Below are positions 39,183 through 49,208 of a stretch of DNA of 64,000 nucleotides, one piece after another; the stretch's first letter is position 1, and every line of letters starts with the position of its first letter. The stretch is from the IMG/VR virus record IMGVR_UViG_3300032782_000001, positions 62,001-126,000 of that record; one strand, 5' to 3'. Both the position numbers and the translations under genes were made by a program. The notes under the pieces are model-generated. The model was not told the DNA's origin and made no database searches. It saw nothing but the letters and a program-made list of their open reading frames with translations.

Positions 39183-39255
39183 CTCCCCGTAGTTCAGTGG
39201 ACAGAACGCGAGTTTCCTAAACTCGATGTCGCAAGTTCGATTCTTGCCGGGGAGA
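39183..39255 (+). tRNA. tRNA-Arg(CCT)
   Basis: cloverleaf. Confidence 0.9.
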
Positions 39256-39339
39256 TCGTAACGGTGGTTTGCCAAGCATCTTCCTCACGGATGTTTTGGC
39301 AAACCACCGTGTAAATCGATCGGGGCGAAAGCCTCGCAT

Positions 39340-39413
39340 GCCTCGTGATGCGACTGGGGTCGCAGCTGCACTGTCGATGCAGTGAGACGGGTTCAATTCC
39401 CGTACGGGGCGCC
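39340..39413 (+). tRNA. tRNA-Asp(GTC)
   Basis: CTGCA-CTGTCGA-TGCAG. Confidence 0.8.
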
Positions 39414-39491
39414 GGTTCCTGAGGTCGAAATCACTGCAACTGATTTCGTAATCGGGGTAAAAGGTTTCCGATCAGAACGAAAGTTCTGCAT

Positions 39492-39570
39492 GGGGATGTA
39501 GAGGAGAGGCCGTCCTCGCCTGCCTGTCACGCAGGAAACTTCGCGGGTTCGAATCCCGTCATCCCCGCCA
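39492..39570 (+). tRNA. tRNA-Asp(GTC)
   Basis: CCTGC-CTGTCAC-GCAGG, GCCA. Confidence 0.9.
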
Positions 39571-39718
39571 GGTCAAAGAAGCGAGATTGTCGACATCTGC
39601 CGTATTTCCGCGAGGTATGGCTGCTTCTAACCTGACAATTTTCGCCCCTGGAGCCAAGATTCGCTTGGCGGGGTGCACGCAGAGACAGAGAAAGCGGGGC
39701 TGGCAACCCCACAAACCC

Positions 39719-40889
<1,171 letters not shown>

Positions 40890-40923
40890 ACTGCGAATAC
40901 TGGTCCACCTGGTAGAGTGCTCC

Positions 40924-41733
40924 ATGGGTACTCCCAGGTGGACTGTTTACTGCCATACGCACGTTGCAACTGGCCGTCGCTACATCGGGCTTACGAAGCT
41001 CACGATGATGAAGCGGTGGAACCAACACCTTCGCGATTCGCGGTTGAAGGTCGGTAAAGGATGTCGCCACCTTTGGAACGCTATCCGTGCTTACGGGAAG
41101 GATGCGTTCTCGCACGAGGTGCTCGAGATCTGCACGAATCTCGAAGTAGCAAATCTCGCGGAAAAATGTTGGATCGAGTTACACGACACTAGGAACTCCA
41201 AAAAAGGCTTCAATTTGATGCGCGGCGGTGGTCATACACCTCACCCGAACAGGAATCCTTGGGATCGTCCCGAGTATCGAGTCAGGTCCTCTGCCGCTTC
41301 CAAGAAGAAGTTCGAAAATCCGGCGTTTCGAATGAGTCAAATTCAAAGGTTGAAAGCACTGGCAGACGACCCAAAGAATCGGGCGGCTGTCAAAGCAGCT
41401 CTAAATTTACCTGAATCCAAAGCCAAACGGTCTGACATCTCTAAAGAGATTAGAAGTCGGCCGGAAGTTGTAGCGCGCATGACTGAAGTGCGCAGTTCAC
41501 CGGAGTTTAAAAGTAGGCATCGAGAAGCCTGTTCGAAGGCGATGTCGCGGCCAGAAGTCAAGGAGAAAGTGTCATTGGCTTCCAAAGCCATGTGGGCGGA
41601 TCGCAGGCCGACTCACTGCAAACGTGGCCACCCACTGGATGACGCTTATGTCGGCAAGAACGGTAATCGAACTTGCCGCCCATGCCGGAAACTCCGGGCC
41701 AATGAATCCACCACTGTAAAAGAACAGAGTTAG
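40924..41733 (+). CDS. GIY-YIG homing endonuclease with repeated DNA-binding helices
   Basis: TVYCHT...YIGLT..RW..H, E..WI...GFN; C-terminal HCKRGH..CRPC. Confidence 0.85.
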   Translation: MGTPRWTVYCHTHVATGRRYIGLTKLTMMKRWNQHLRDSRLKVGKGCRHLWNAIRAYGKDAFSHEVLEICTNLEVANLAEKCWIELHDTRNSKKGFNLMRGGGHTPHPNRNPWDRPEYRVRSSAASKKKFENPAFRMSQIQRLKALADDPKNRAAVKAALNLPESKAKRSDISKEIRSRPEVVARMTEVRSSPEFKSRHREACSKAMSRPEVKEKVSLASKAMWADRRPTHCKRGHPLDDAYVGKNGNRTCRPCRKLRANESTTVKEQS

Positions 41734-41742
41734 TTGAAACAT

Positions 41743-41811
41743 ACGTCCGAGCCAAGGTGGCAACGTGGCCTCCAAAACCACGGAAGCGGGGTTCGATTCC
41801 TCCCGGGCGTG
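41743..41811 (+). tRNA. tRNA-Trp(CCA), short D arm
   Basis: CTCCAAA loop, GGTTCGATTCC. Confidence 0.7.
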
Positions 41812-41951
41812 CTGGTGAGTTCGAAATCACCGAGGAACGGTGTCTAGCGGGGAAATAGCGCGGGCGGCCTAGGTCGTCGGTTCTGAACCACCCGTCGTCC
41901 TTCTCTCTTACGGGAGAAAAGCTTCTGCAGGAGCAAGTAGGCACCACCAAT

Positions 41952-42023
41952 GGGGTTGTAGCATAGCGGGAATGCGACGTGCTCGGCAAGCACGGGACGC
42001 GGGTTCGAATCCCGCTGACTCCA
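41952..42023 (+). tRNA. tRNA-Ala(GGC)
   Basis: G3.U70, TCGGCAA loop. Confidence 0.8.
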
Positions 42024-42036
42024 CTAAAGTAGTAAC

Positions 42037-42073
42037 GGGGCCATAACATAGCGGGAATGTGCGTCCTTCGCAC
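42037..42073 (+). pseudogene. 5' half of tRNA-Ala(CGC), truncated after the anticodon loop
   Basis: GGGGCCATAACATAGCGGGAATGTGCGTCCTTCGCAC, then unrelated sequence. Confidence 0.6.
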
Positions 42074-42092
42074 AACTCAGTAACGTTCCATC

Positions 42093-42675
42093 ATGGATTT
42101 CATCATTTCTACCGAATGGGATGGTAAACCTCGCAAGCTCTTCCCGAAGAAATGTGAAATATGTACTCGTGTCTTTTATCGTCCCAAACATCATTTAGGA
42201 AAGGCGCGTTTTGTGATCCGAAGTGCGCTATTAAAGGGAGGGAGAAGAAGATCAAGCTAGCTTGCAATCAATGTAAGAATTCGTTCTTCCGGACTCCGAG
42301 TGGAGTTGACTCTCCCCGTGGGCAGTACAGATTTTGTTCTCGTCGATGCAAAGACGAGGCTCAGAAGATTGACGGAGTCTTCCAACAAACCCACGCCAAG
42401 AATGGTTTCAGTTCATATCGCGATCGTGCCCTCCGAGAACACGGGAGTCTTGTTTTGCGTGCGGATATGATAAAGACGAACGCATGCTTGACGCCGATCA
42501 TGTGAACGGTGATCGAAGCAACAGCAAGAAGGGAAACTTGCAAGTGCTTTGTGTATGGTGTCATGCACTAAAGACCAGAAAAGTTCAATATCACGAATGG
42601 GCCCCTAGTTTAACTGGGAAAATTGCCGCCTCGCACGCGGTAGACGGCGGGTTCGACTCCCCCGGGGTCCACTAG
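42093..42675 (+). pseudogene. HNH endonuclease split over three frames (two apparent 1-nt deletions)
   Basis: CEIC, FCSRRC, CFACGY, DADHVNGDRSN..NLQVLCVWCH across frames. Confidence 0.7.
42599..42671 (+). tRNA. tRNA-Ala(CGC)
   Basis: G3.U70; CCGC-CTCGCAC-GCGG; followed by an orphan T-arm/acceptor 3' remnant at 42674-42698. Confidence 0.75.
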
Positions 42676-42712
42676 TTCGACTCCCCGGCGGTCCACCATT
42701 GTAACGTCGGAT

Positions 42713-43000
42713 ATGCCTGTCGCATACTCCGAACCACTGGAGAAGGAGGAATTTGTCCTCCATGTAGCCTATGAGGCCTTCCGGGGCCTCATGCGATTCC
42801 ACAATCACTGGGGCCATCAGGACTTCTACAAACTCGATCTATCGTTACAGAAGAAGTTGGTGGCCGCGGTAGACGCAGCCGTTCGTGGAGATAAACCGAA
42901 CCCCGTCTGGAATGGATCCTGGAGTCAGGATGACGCTTGGGACCTATTCATCGACATGTCACGCAAGATGGCAACTCTTATCGGCTACACGGTGAAGTAA
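42713..43000 (+). CDS. hypothetical protein
   Basis: TAACGT-N5-ATG start. Confidence 0.65.
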   Translation: MPVAYSEPLEKEEFVLHVAYEAFRGLMRFHNHWGHQDFYKLDLSLQKKLVAAVDAAVRGDKPNPVWNGSWSQDDAWDLFIDMSRKMATLIGYTVK

Positions 43001-43139
43001 GATGTATGCTGGATGATCATCCGGTCCAGTCATGAAGTTTGGACCGGAAGTTCTTGGAGAAGAACTGATGATCTCCAAATTGGAGATTCTATCCGAGGAC
43101 CTAGTGGTAAGATGACAACTGTCTTAAAATTTACGTAAT

Positions 43140-43214
43140 GGGCCTTTAGCTCAGTGGGAGAGCACTTCGCTGGCAGCGAAGGGGTCGCGAGTTCAACTCT
43201 CGCAAGGTCCACCA
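43140..43214 (+). tRNA. tRNA-Ala(GGC)
   Basis: cloverleaf, CCA. Confidence 0.9.
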
Positions 43215-43234
43215 CTCTCACCGTAAAGTCTGTC

Positions 43235-43456
43235 ATGGCTGGGATCTGTTCTCGTCATCGGTCTGAGATCCCGGTTCCGGGATGCAAACAGTGTGCAGCG
43301 CATCCACGCGACATCTTCCCAGATTGGGACGAGAAGGTCAAACAAGCTGAAGCCTCTGGAATCCACGTTTGCGAATGCGGATTCAAATACTACAAGACGA
43401 TCGACTTCTGTCCGTTATGCGGAAAGAAAATGTCTATGAACAAAACGGGTCCGTAG
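43235..43456 (+). CDS. small Cys-rich protein
   Basis: TAAAGT-N5-ATG; CKQC, CECG, CPLCG. Confidence 0.6.
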   Translation: MAGICSRHRSEIPVPGCKQCAAHPRDIFPDWDEKVKQAEASGIHVCECGFKYYKTIDFCPLCGKKMSMNKTGP

Positions 43457-43520
43457 TTCAGCGGGAGAACGTCAGCTTTGCAAGCTGAATGTCGCCGGTT
43501 CGATTCCGGCCGGATCCACC
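43447..43520 (+). tRNA. tRNA-Ala(TGC)
   Basis: cloverleaf. Confidence 0.9.
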
Positions 43521-43613
43521 GGGTCAGAGGACTGATACCCTTACTAGTGAGACGACAGTCAAGCAGCCCGGCCGATGGGCATCGCTTGATGCCCATCGGC
43601 AGAATACTCGTTC

Positions 43614-43832
43614 ATGAAACTGCATAACTGGGTCAGAGTCCCCATGACGGCGCAAGATTTCGGACAAAATTGGTCCGATGAGCCCCTTAAGGAAAACGAA
43701 GGGAGATATGAATGTGATGGGTGCGGTCTCAGTGTCCTAATATGGGATGGTGAAACCGTAGAGGATCTGGAAGACCGTGGAATTTCAAATGACTGCGAGT
43801 TGGAACTCGTAAGACAAGTCATGCAAAGTTAG
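43614..43832 (+). CDS. HxW-CxxCG protein with VMQS tail
   Basis: HNW...CDGCG...DC; ends VRQVMQS*. Confidence 0.65.
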   Translation: MKLHNWVRVPMTAQDFGQNWSDEPLKENEGRYECDGCGLSVLIWDGETVEDLEDRGISNDCELELVRQVMQS

Positions 43833-43835
43833 TTT

Positions 43836-43911
43836 GCCGGCTTAGTCCTCGTGGGAGGGCACCTCCTTGGTATGGAGGATCAGGCGGGTTCGACTCCCGC
43901 AGCCGGCTCCA
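43836..43911 (+). tRNA. tRNA-Thr(GGT)
   Basis: cloverleaf, CCA. Confidence 0.85.
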
Positions 43912-43940
43912 CTCTCGCCACCCTGTATGGTGAGGGGAAT

Positions 43941-44012
43941 GCGGGCGTAGCCAAGTGGTAAGGCTCGGGGTTTCCAACCCCGCATTCGCGCGTTCGAATC
44001 GCGTCGCCCGCT
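43941..44012 (+). tRNA. tRNA-Gly(TCC)
   Basis: cloverleaf. Confidence 0.85.
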
Positions 44013-44034
44013 CGAGATCCGGTTCCAATCCGGG

Positions 44035-44231
44035 ATGCCAGTCATACCACTTCACTGCTACGTAGGGCATTCTGGAAGGAGGAAGTACAGTCTGGAAGAA
44101 TGCGAATTCTTGGTTGGATACGACGTTCGCTCCGACATCGCATACGTCCTCGCGTATGAAGAATTCTCCGGCAGAAAGTCCATGGTCTCAGTAAGCCCCG
44201 AGTCCGAGGAACGATGGGATAAGATTCGAAT
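44035..44231 (+). pseudogene. C-terminal fragment of a PD-(D/E)xK homing-endonuclease-like gene
   Basis: YSLEECEFLVGYD...YV...EERWDKI resembles the C-terminus of that family; N-terminus absent. Confidence 0.4.
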
Positions 44232-44302
44232 GCGGGTGTAGCTCGAAGGTCGAGCACTTGGTTGCCATCCAAGAGGGGCGGGTTCGATTCCCGTCACCCG
44301 CT
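44232..44302 (+). tRNA. tRNA-Gly(GCC)
   Basis: cloverleaf. Confidence 0.9.
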
Positions 44303-44383
44303 CTGAGAGCTGGTTTGGGTCCCTTTCAATCAAGGTTGCAGGCGACCCAGCCCGCTCTCTCCAGTTCGTTGTAGAGTAGAACT

Positions 44384-44502
44384 GCGCGGATAGCTCAGAC
44401 GGAGTGGATCGGCCGGGTCCCGAGGCGCCTCGGTTCGGCCGGGAAGCCCACCAGAGCACCTTCCTGTTAGGGAGGAGGACGTCGAAGGACCGACTCCGCG
44501 CC
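44384..44502 (+). ncRNA. tRNA-like RNA with a large D-loop insertion and degenerate T loop
   Basis: GCGCGGA/TCCGCGC, GCTC/GAGC, CCTTC-CTGTTAG-GGAGG. Confidence 0.55.
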
Positions 44503-44513
44503 TTTGTTGAAAC

Positions 44514-44587
44514 GCGGGTGAGGCCGATTGGTAAGGCAACAGTTTCCCATACTGTTTCATGTGGGTTCAATTCCCATCACCCGCTCC
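44514..44587 (+). tRNA. tRNA-Gly(CCC)
   Basis: cloverleaf. Confidence 0.85.
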
Positions 44588-44672
44588 GGTGTCACTGCTC
44601 GCATTCAGGTCCCTAAACCTGAAAGTGAAGGCCCACAGGTTTAGGGACCTGGAAGTCCTGTGACATCGCCAT

Positions 44673-44744
44673 GGCCCGTTTCTCCGGCGAGGAGTTTGGT
44701 CTGCAAAACCGAACGCGACGGTCCAACTCCGTCACGGGCCTCCA
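44673..44744 (+). tRNA. tRNA-Cys(GCA)
   Basis: CTGCAAA loop, U73, CCA. Confidence 0.8.
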
Positions 44745-44777
44745 GTAATGGCAGTAAGTTCACTGTAGGGTAGTTCC

Positions 44778-46046
44778 GTGGAACACTCAATTGAGACGTT
44801 AGGCAACGGCATTACTTTCGTCGTTCTTCGGAATCCGGCACTTCAAACCATGGTCGCCATGGTCGGCGTAAAAGTGGGTTCGAGATATGAAGCGAAAGAA
44901 ATGCAAGGCGCTTCTCATTTCATTGAGCACATGATGTTCAAAGGGACGAAAAAGTATCCTTCGAGCAAAGCGCTTTCTGAAATCATCGATGCTCGGGGTG
45001 GTGAGCATAATGCCTATACAGACAAGGAACTGACGAATTTTTACGTCAGGATGGCAAAATCATGCGGAGATGTTGCAGTCGATCTCGTTCATGACATGAT
45101 TGCTAACTCTCTCTTCCGGACTTCGGACGTAGAAAAAGAGCGTCCGGTCATCCAAGAAGAGATCTCCGGATATGACAACAACCCGGACCATAATGCCTGG
45201 GAGCTTTCTGAACGGGTCGCTTACAAGGGTTCAGGACTCGAACACCCGATCGCGGGTTCTGTGGAAAGCGTTACTTTCCCCGCCAATTCCCTTCGCAAAT
45301 TTTTTCGAAAGCATTACGTGCCGTCTCGAATGGCCGTTGTCCTTTCAGGAGCTGTCGATGATAAGCTAGTGGCTACTGCCCAGGAGAAATTTTCTAGTAT
45401 TCCCATGGAAGAAGTCGATACTGGCTACGATATGGCCAGTATGCCGAAAGGTGGATTGGACTTCAAAGTAGGTAATACTGACAAAATCCATTTTGTAATC
45501 CGGCTGCCTGGAACGGCATACGGGGCTCCGTATGCTAGAATGACAGATATCCTGTCTGTTGTTTTGGGTGGATACATGTCAGCCCGTCTTTTCCAGTCTC
45601 TTCGAGACAAACACGGGCTTTGCTATGGAGTATTCGCATTCCCGCACCATTATTCTGACACGGGGTCACTGCTCATTGGAACTTCTCTCGACAGGAAAAA
45701 TTTCCCGAAAGCGCTTGAAGTTCTCGTGAAGGAACTTTGGAAAATCTCCAAAAAAGGCGTCACAGAGAAGGAACTTCAAACGGTCAAAGATCACATCCGC
45801 GGCGTTAAATCAATGGACATGGATAGGCCAATGGGTCTTGCCGCTGATGCCATTTTGCAACTCTTCATGAGCCGCACGTACGAAACCCCTGAAGAGGATA
45901 TGGCGAAGTACCAAGAGGTTACGCTGAATGATGTAAATGTTCAGGCGTCAGGAGTAAAGCCGACTGCGCATGGCATGCACATCGCCGTGGTCGGGCCGAA
46001 AGGAGCAGAAAAAGAAGTTCGTAAGGCATACGAAGCAGCGTTGTAA
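44778..46046 (+). CDS. M16 (pitrilysin-family) zinc peptidase
   Basis: GSRYE, HFIEHMMFKGT, NAYTDKE, LGGYMSARLFQ.LRDKHGLCY. Confidence 0.93.
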   Translation: MEHSIETLGNGITFVVLRNPALQTMVAMVGVKVGSRYEAKEMQGASHFIEHMMFKGTKKYPSSKALSEIIDARGGEHNAYTDKELTNFYVRMAKSCGDVAVDLVHDMIANSLFRTSDVEKERPVIQEEISGYDNNPDHNAWELSERVAYKGSGLEHPIAGSVESVTFPANSLRKFFRKHYVPSRMAVVLSGAVDDKLVATAQEKFSSIPMEEVDTGYDMASMPKGGLDFKVGNTDKIHFVIRLPGTAYGAPYARMTDILSVVLGGYMSARLFQSLRDKHGLCYGVFAFPHHYSDTGSLLIGTSLDRKNFPKALEVLVKELWKISKKGVTEKELQTVKDHIRGVKSMDMDRPMGLAADAILQLFMSRTYETPEEDMAKYQEVTLNDVNVQASGVKPTAHGMHIAVVGPKGAEKEVRKAYEAAL

Positions 46047-46051
46047 ATAAT

Positions 46052-46127
46052 GCCCCTGTGGCCGAGCGGACAAGGCGGCGGTCCTCTAAATCGCACAACG
46101 CAGGTTCGATTCCTGCCAGGGGTACCA
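46052..46127 (+). tRNA. tRNA-Arg(TCT)
   Basis: GCGGT-CCTCTAA-ATCGC, A20, CCA. Confidence 0.8.
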
Positions 46128-46186
46128 GGCGCTTCCGGAGGGAAGCTTGGAAAAGGTTGCTGATCCTTTCCTGAAATCAGCGTCAT

Positions 46187-46263
46187 GTCCCCATCGTCTA
46201 GCTGGCCTAGGACGCTAGCCTCTCACGCTGGTAACCGGGGTTCGAATCCCCGTGGGGACGCCA
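46187..46263 (+). tRNA. tRNA-Glu(CTC)
   Basis: cloverleaf, CCA. Confidence 0.9.
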
Positions 46264-46264
46264 T

Positions 46265-46340
46265 GCTCCCATCTGCTAACGGCTCAGGCAACTTGATTCT
46301 CGATCAAGGAATGAGGGTTCGACTCCCTCTGGGAGTGCCA
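46265..46340 (+). tRNA. tRNA-Glu(CTC)
   Basis: cloverleaf, CCA. Confidence 0.85.
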
Positions 46341-46611
46341 TGAAGATGAAAGAAGAAGGTGTGCCTCCCTAGGGAGGCACACCTTGCACATCAATCACCG
46401 TCGAAAGAACAAGTTCCGAGGCAAGCACCACGGATACTTCGGATACCCAAACGTCTACAGTCTCAAGCCATTCAAGGTCATGGACGCTCAAAAGCGCCGT
46501 GCCCGAGAACGGGCCTTCATGTCGAATGGCAAATTCGATATGCTTCCAATCAGATTCCAGAAGGATCTACTCTGGAACTATTGGTAAAACGTAGGCCCGA
46601 AAGGGCCTTAT

Positions 46612-46687
46612 GCCCCCACAGCACGACGGATCGTGCAACGCGCTACGAACGCGGAGGCTGAAGGTTCAAATCCTTCTGGGGGCACCA
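46612..46687 (+). tRNA. tRNA-Arg(ACG)
   Basis: cloverleaf, CCA. Confidence 0.85.
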
Positions 46688-46688
46688 T

Positions 46689-46761
46689 GCCTTCATGGCG
46701 CAATGGATAGCGCAGCGCGCTTCGAACGCGAAGGTTGGAGGTTCAAGTCCTCCTGGAGGCA
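46689..46761 (+). tRNA. tRNA-Arg(TCG)
   Basis: cloverleaf. Confidence 0.9.
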
Positions 46762-46972
46762 CTACCGATTCACAAACCTTTTCAAGCGCGACCACCAAAC
46801 AAGAATAGAGCTGGTCGCTACCACGAAAAGCAACAAGAGTGATTGTTTGGATGCCGCCCACGAACGGAAAGAAAGGTGGATAGTGAGCCGGTCACCTTTA
46901 CCGGTCCCGTTTGGGATCCTCACAATATCTTGCAGTTTGTGAGCGTTGTAGTTCATATCGGAACGGTACGAT

Positions 46973-47041
46973 CTCCCTGCCGGCGGATCCGGCGGCGACC
47001 CTCCGAAGGTCGCTTTACAAGTTCGACTCTTGTCAGGGAGG
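46973..47041 (+). tRNA. tRNA-Arg(CCG)-like, compact D arm and extended anticodon stem
   Basis: CTCCCTG/CAGGGAG; GCGACC-CTCCGAA-GGTCGC; GTTCGACTC. Confidence 0.55.
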
Positions 47042-47046
47042 CTGTG

Positions 47047-47120
47047 TGTCAGAGTGGAGCAGTGGCAGCTTGTTGGGCTCATAACTCAAAGGTCGAAGGT
47101 TCGAATCCTTCCTCTGACCC
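47047..47120 (+). tRNA. tRNA-Met(CAT), initiator-like
   Basis: GGG-CTCATAA, 1:72 mismatch. Confidence 0.8.
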
Positions 47121-47198
47121 CGCGGGCGAGTGAAACGGTTACATTCCGGGCTCATAACCCGTGAGACAGCGAGGTTCGACTCCTCGTGCCCGCAACCA
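47120..47198 (+). tRNA. tRNA-fMet(CAT)
   Basis: C1:A72, GGG/CCC anticodon stem, CCA. Confidence 0.8.
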
Positions 47199-47289
47199 AA
47201 TCCTCTCTAGGTAGTCAGGATTCAGTTCCTGTCATAGCGTGCAGGGAGAGGGGAAGTCCGGATAGAGTGCACGTATTCCGGACATCAAT

Positions 47290-47364
47290 CGCAGGTAGGC
47301 TCTACGGTTGAGCAGTCGTTTCATACGCGACCACCAGCGGGTTCGACTCCCGCACCTGCGACCA
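47290..47364 (+). tRNA. tRNA-Met or Ile2 (CAT)
   Basis: GTCGT-TTCATAC-GCGAC, CCA. Confidence 0.75.
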
Positions 47365-47376
47365 GTAACGTCCCCC

Positions 47377-47697
47377 GTGGATCGTCAATTTACGACAGCT
47401 TCTCAGCTTGTCGTCGATATGCAACGAATTCTCCGGGAGAACCCGAAGGCCGTTGCAGAGTTAGAACGAGATCAAAGACGTTTACTGCTCATTTTCCGAT
47501 GCGGTGGAGTTTGTTGGAATGTCCTCAGAACACGAGCACAGTCTGTTTCTCCGACCGATTTCAGAATTTTGTTCGAACATCAAGATCTTATACTGGCTGC
47601 CATTAATAGGAGGATGTGCTTGAGGTCAGTAGGATTGAAAGAATGTGACTGCGGAAATGAGAGTTTGCATATCGTAGCCGATGTACAACTCTCATAG
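47377..47697 (+). CDS. hypothetical protein with variant tail (VADVQLS)
   Basis: ORF after the tRNA; ends CDC...IVADVQLS*; start uncertain. Confidence 0.5.
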   Translation: MDRQFTTASQLVVDMQRILRENPKAVAELERDQRRLLLIFRCGGVCWNVLRTRAQSVSPTDFRILFEHQDLILAAINRRMCLRSVGLKECDCGNESLHIVADVQLS

Positions 47698-47705
47698 AGG
47701 TCATC

Positions 47706-48017
47706 ATGAATTGGAAACTATGGCTTGATGATCAAATGCTCGACAATGAGGCGCCAGATCGTCACTGCCCTGAGGGTTTCTTTGGTGCCCGGAGTACGGG
47801 CGAGGCGCAACGTCTCTGCTTGATGGCAGGACCTCCATCCTTCGTCGATTTCGACCACGATCTTGGTGGATCTGACGATGCTTTGGTGTTCCTCCATTGG
47901 TTGGAGAAGTCGTTCCCGGATACCCCTCCCGAGTATCAAATCCATTCGGCCAATCCCGTTGGCCGGGAGAGGATCGTGTCGTTTCTGGAGAGTTGGAAGA
48001 AAAGTTTGCAATTGTAA
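47706..48017 (+). CDS. cyclic-phosphate-processing receiver-domain protein
   Basis: KLWLDD, DFDHDLG, IHSANPVG motifs. Confidence 0.8.
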   Translation: MNWKLWLDDQMLDNEAPDRHCPEGFFGARSTGEAQRLCLMAGPPSFVDFDHDLGGSDDALVFLHWLEKSFPDTPPEYQIHSANPVGRERIVSFLESWKKSLQL

Positions 48018-48018
48018 T

Positions 48019-48092
48019 CAGGGTGTAGCTCAGCCTGGTAGAGCACCGCGTTCGGGACGCGGGTGTCGGAGGTTCGATTCCTCTCACCCTGA
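48019..48092 (+). tRNA. tRNA-Pro(CGG)
   Basis: cloverleaf. Confidence 0.9.
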
Positions 48093-48104
48093 CTATTTTT
48101 TTGT

Positions 48105-48179
48105 GCCCGATTAGCTCAGAGGTAGAGCACTGGCTTTACAAGCCGGCTGCCGGGGGTTCGATTCCCTCATCGGGTACCA
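48105..48179 (+). tRNA. tRNA-Val(TAC)
   Basis: cloverleaf, CCA. Confidence 0.9.
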
Positions 48180-48180
48180 T

Positions 48181-48219
48181 GGGCAGATAGTTCAATCGGT
48201 CAGAACCCCCGCCTCATAA
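48181..48219 (+). pseudogene. 5' half of a CAT tRNA, truncated after the anticodon loop
   Basis: GGGCAGATAGTTCAATCGGTCAGAACCCCCGCCTCATAA, then stops. Confidence 0.65.
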
Positions 48220-48222
48220 TAT

Positions 48223-48299
48223 GGGGCAGTGAACGTAATCGGTGAACGTCCTCGCCTCATAAGCGAGTTCATGTGGATTCGAATCCCACCTGCCCTACC
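48223..48299 (+). tRNA. tRNA-Ile2/Met (CAT)
   Basis: CTCGC-CTCATAA-GCGAG. Confidence 0.75.
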
Positions 48300-48329
48300 T
48301 CGTCGGCATTATAAACACTGGTACCGTTT

Positions 48330-48698
48330 ATGATGCCGAATAAGGACCCTATTGTCCGGAAAGAACACCATCGAAACTATATGAAGAATGTCTGGCTGAA
48401 AAAGCCAGAGAATAGAGAAGCTCACATTTGTCGAGTCCGTGCCGTAAGCAAACGTCGTGATGCAGCGGCGAAGCAATTACTTGCAGAATTCCGATCAGGA
48501 GGTTGCAAGCAATGTGGAGAACTGGACGAATCATGTCTAGTAGCTCACCACATAGACCCTTCGGAGAAGGAATTCAATGTGAGCCATGCGATGAGGCGAT
48601 CACTGAAAGCAATCGCACGTGAATTGGCGAAATGCATATGCCTTTGCATGAACTGCCATGCTAAACTCCATGCTGGCCGAATTACCATCCCAGAATGA
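48330..48698 (+). CDS. HNH endonuclease
   Basis: CKQCG..LVAHHIDP..KCICLCMNCH. Confidence 0.85.
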   Translation: MMPNKDPIVRKEHHRNYMKNVWLKKPENREAHICRVRAVSKRRDAAAKQLLAEFRSGGCKQCGELDESCLVAHHIDPSEKEFNVSHAMRRSLKAIARELAKCICLCMNCHAKLHAGRITIPE

Positions 48699-48702
48699 AA
48701 AT

Positions 48703-48777
48703 GCCGGCTTCGCTCTCAGGGAGAGCACCTTCCTCACGCGGAGGACTAGGAGGGTTCGAGTCCCTCAGCCGGTACCA
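48703..48777 (+). tRNA. tRNA-Val(CAC)
   Basis: cloverleaf, CCA. Confidence 0.8.
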
Positions 48778-48778
48778 C

Positions 48779-48853
48779 GGGGAGATCGTATAATGGTTAG
48801 TACCCATGTCTGATAAACATGGAATCCGGGTTCAATTCCCGGTCTCCCCACCA
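48779..48853 (+). tRNA. tRNA-Ile(GAT)
   Basis: cloverleaf, CCA. Confidence 0.9.
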
Positions 48854-48855
48854 AT

Positions 48856-48930
48856 GCCGGCTTCGTTCTCTGGGAGAGCACCACTGTGACAAGGTGGATT
48901 AGGAGAGTTCGATTCTCTCAGCCGGTACCA
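48856..48930 (+). tRNA. tRNA-Val(GAC)
   Basis: cloverleaf, CCA. Confidence 0.8.
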
Positions 48931-48944
48931 ATGTAAATCAGTTC

Positions 48945-49208
48945 ATGAGCGGGAAGAAGCCAACCCACGAACTGTGCGTGAAGGACCTTGAAACTCAGGA
49001 TCGTGGTAGGATCGGTGTCGCTTGGGAGAATGAAGACGGATCTTTCACGATCAAACTTCACCCTTGTACATCGATCACTTATGATAACGTGAAGAATAAG
49101 GCTTTATCTTTGTTTCCCCTCCGATCTGAAGCAGAATGGGCAAAATGGCAGGCTGCAAGGGCAGCTCGAGAGGCCAAAAAAGCTGCGGCTGGAGACCCTC
49201 AAGAGTAA
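48945..49208 (+). CDS. hypothetical protein
   Basis: RIGVAWENEDGS motif ORF. Confidence 0.65.
   Translation: MSGKKPTHELCVKDLETQDRGRIGVAWENEDGSFTIKLHPCTSITYDNVKNKALSLFPLRSEAEWAKWQAARAAREAKKAAAGDPQE

Noticed and set aside
43090-43130. Possible further truncated tRNA 5' half (TCCGAGGACCTAGTGGTAAGATGACAACTGTCTTAA)
   Set aside because: The D arm is plausible, but the anticodon arm and isotype cannot be established.
46052-46127. Amber suppressor tRNA (CTA visible in the loop) or alternative genetic code
   Set aside because: The stem register GCGGT/ATCGC puts TCT at 34-36 and A20 indicates Arg. Genes end normally at TAA, TAG and TGA, and long ORFs are intact in code 11.
47200-47285. RNase P RNA (GAGGGGAAGTCCGG resembles GAGGAAAGTCC)
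   Set aside because: Only two local hairpins are present; the other conserved regions and the required length are missing.
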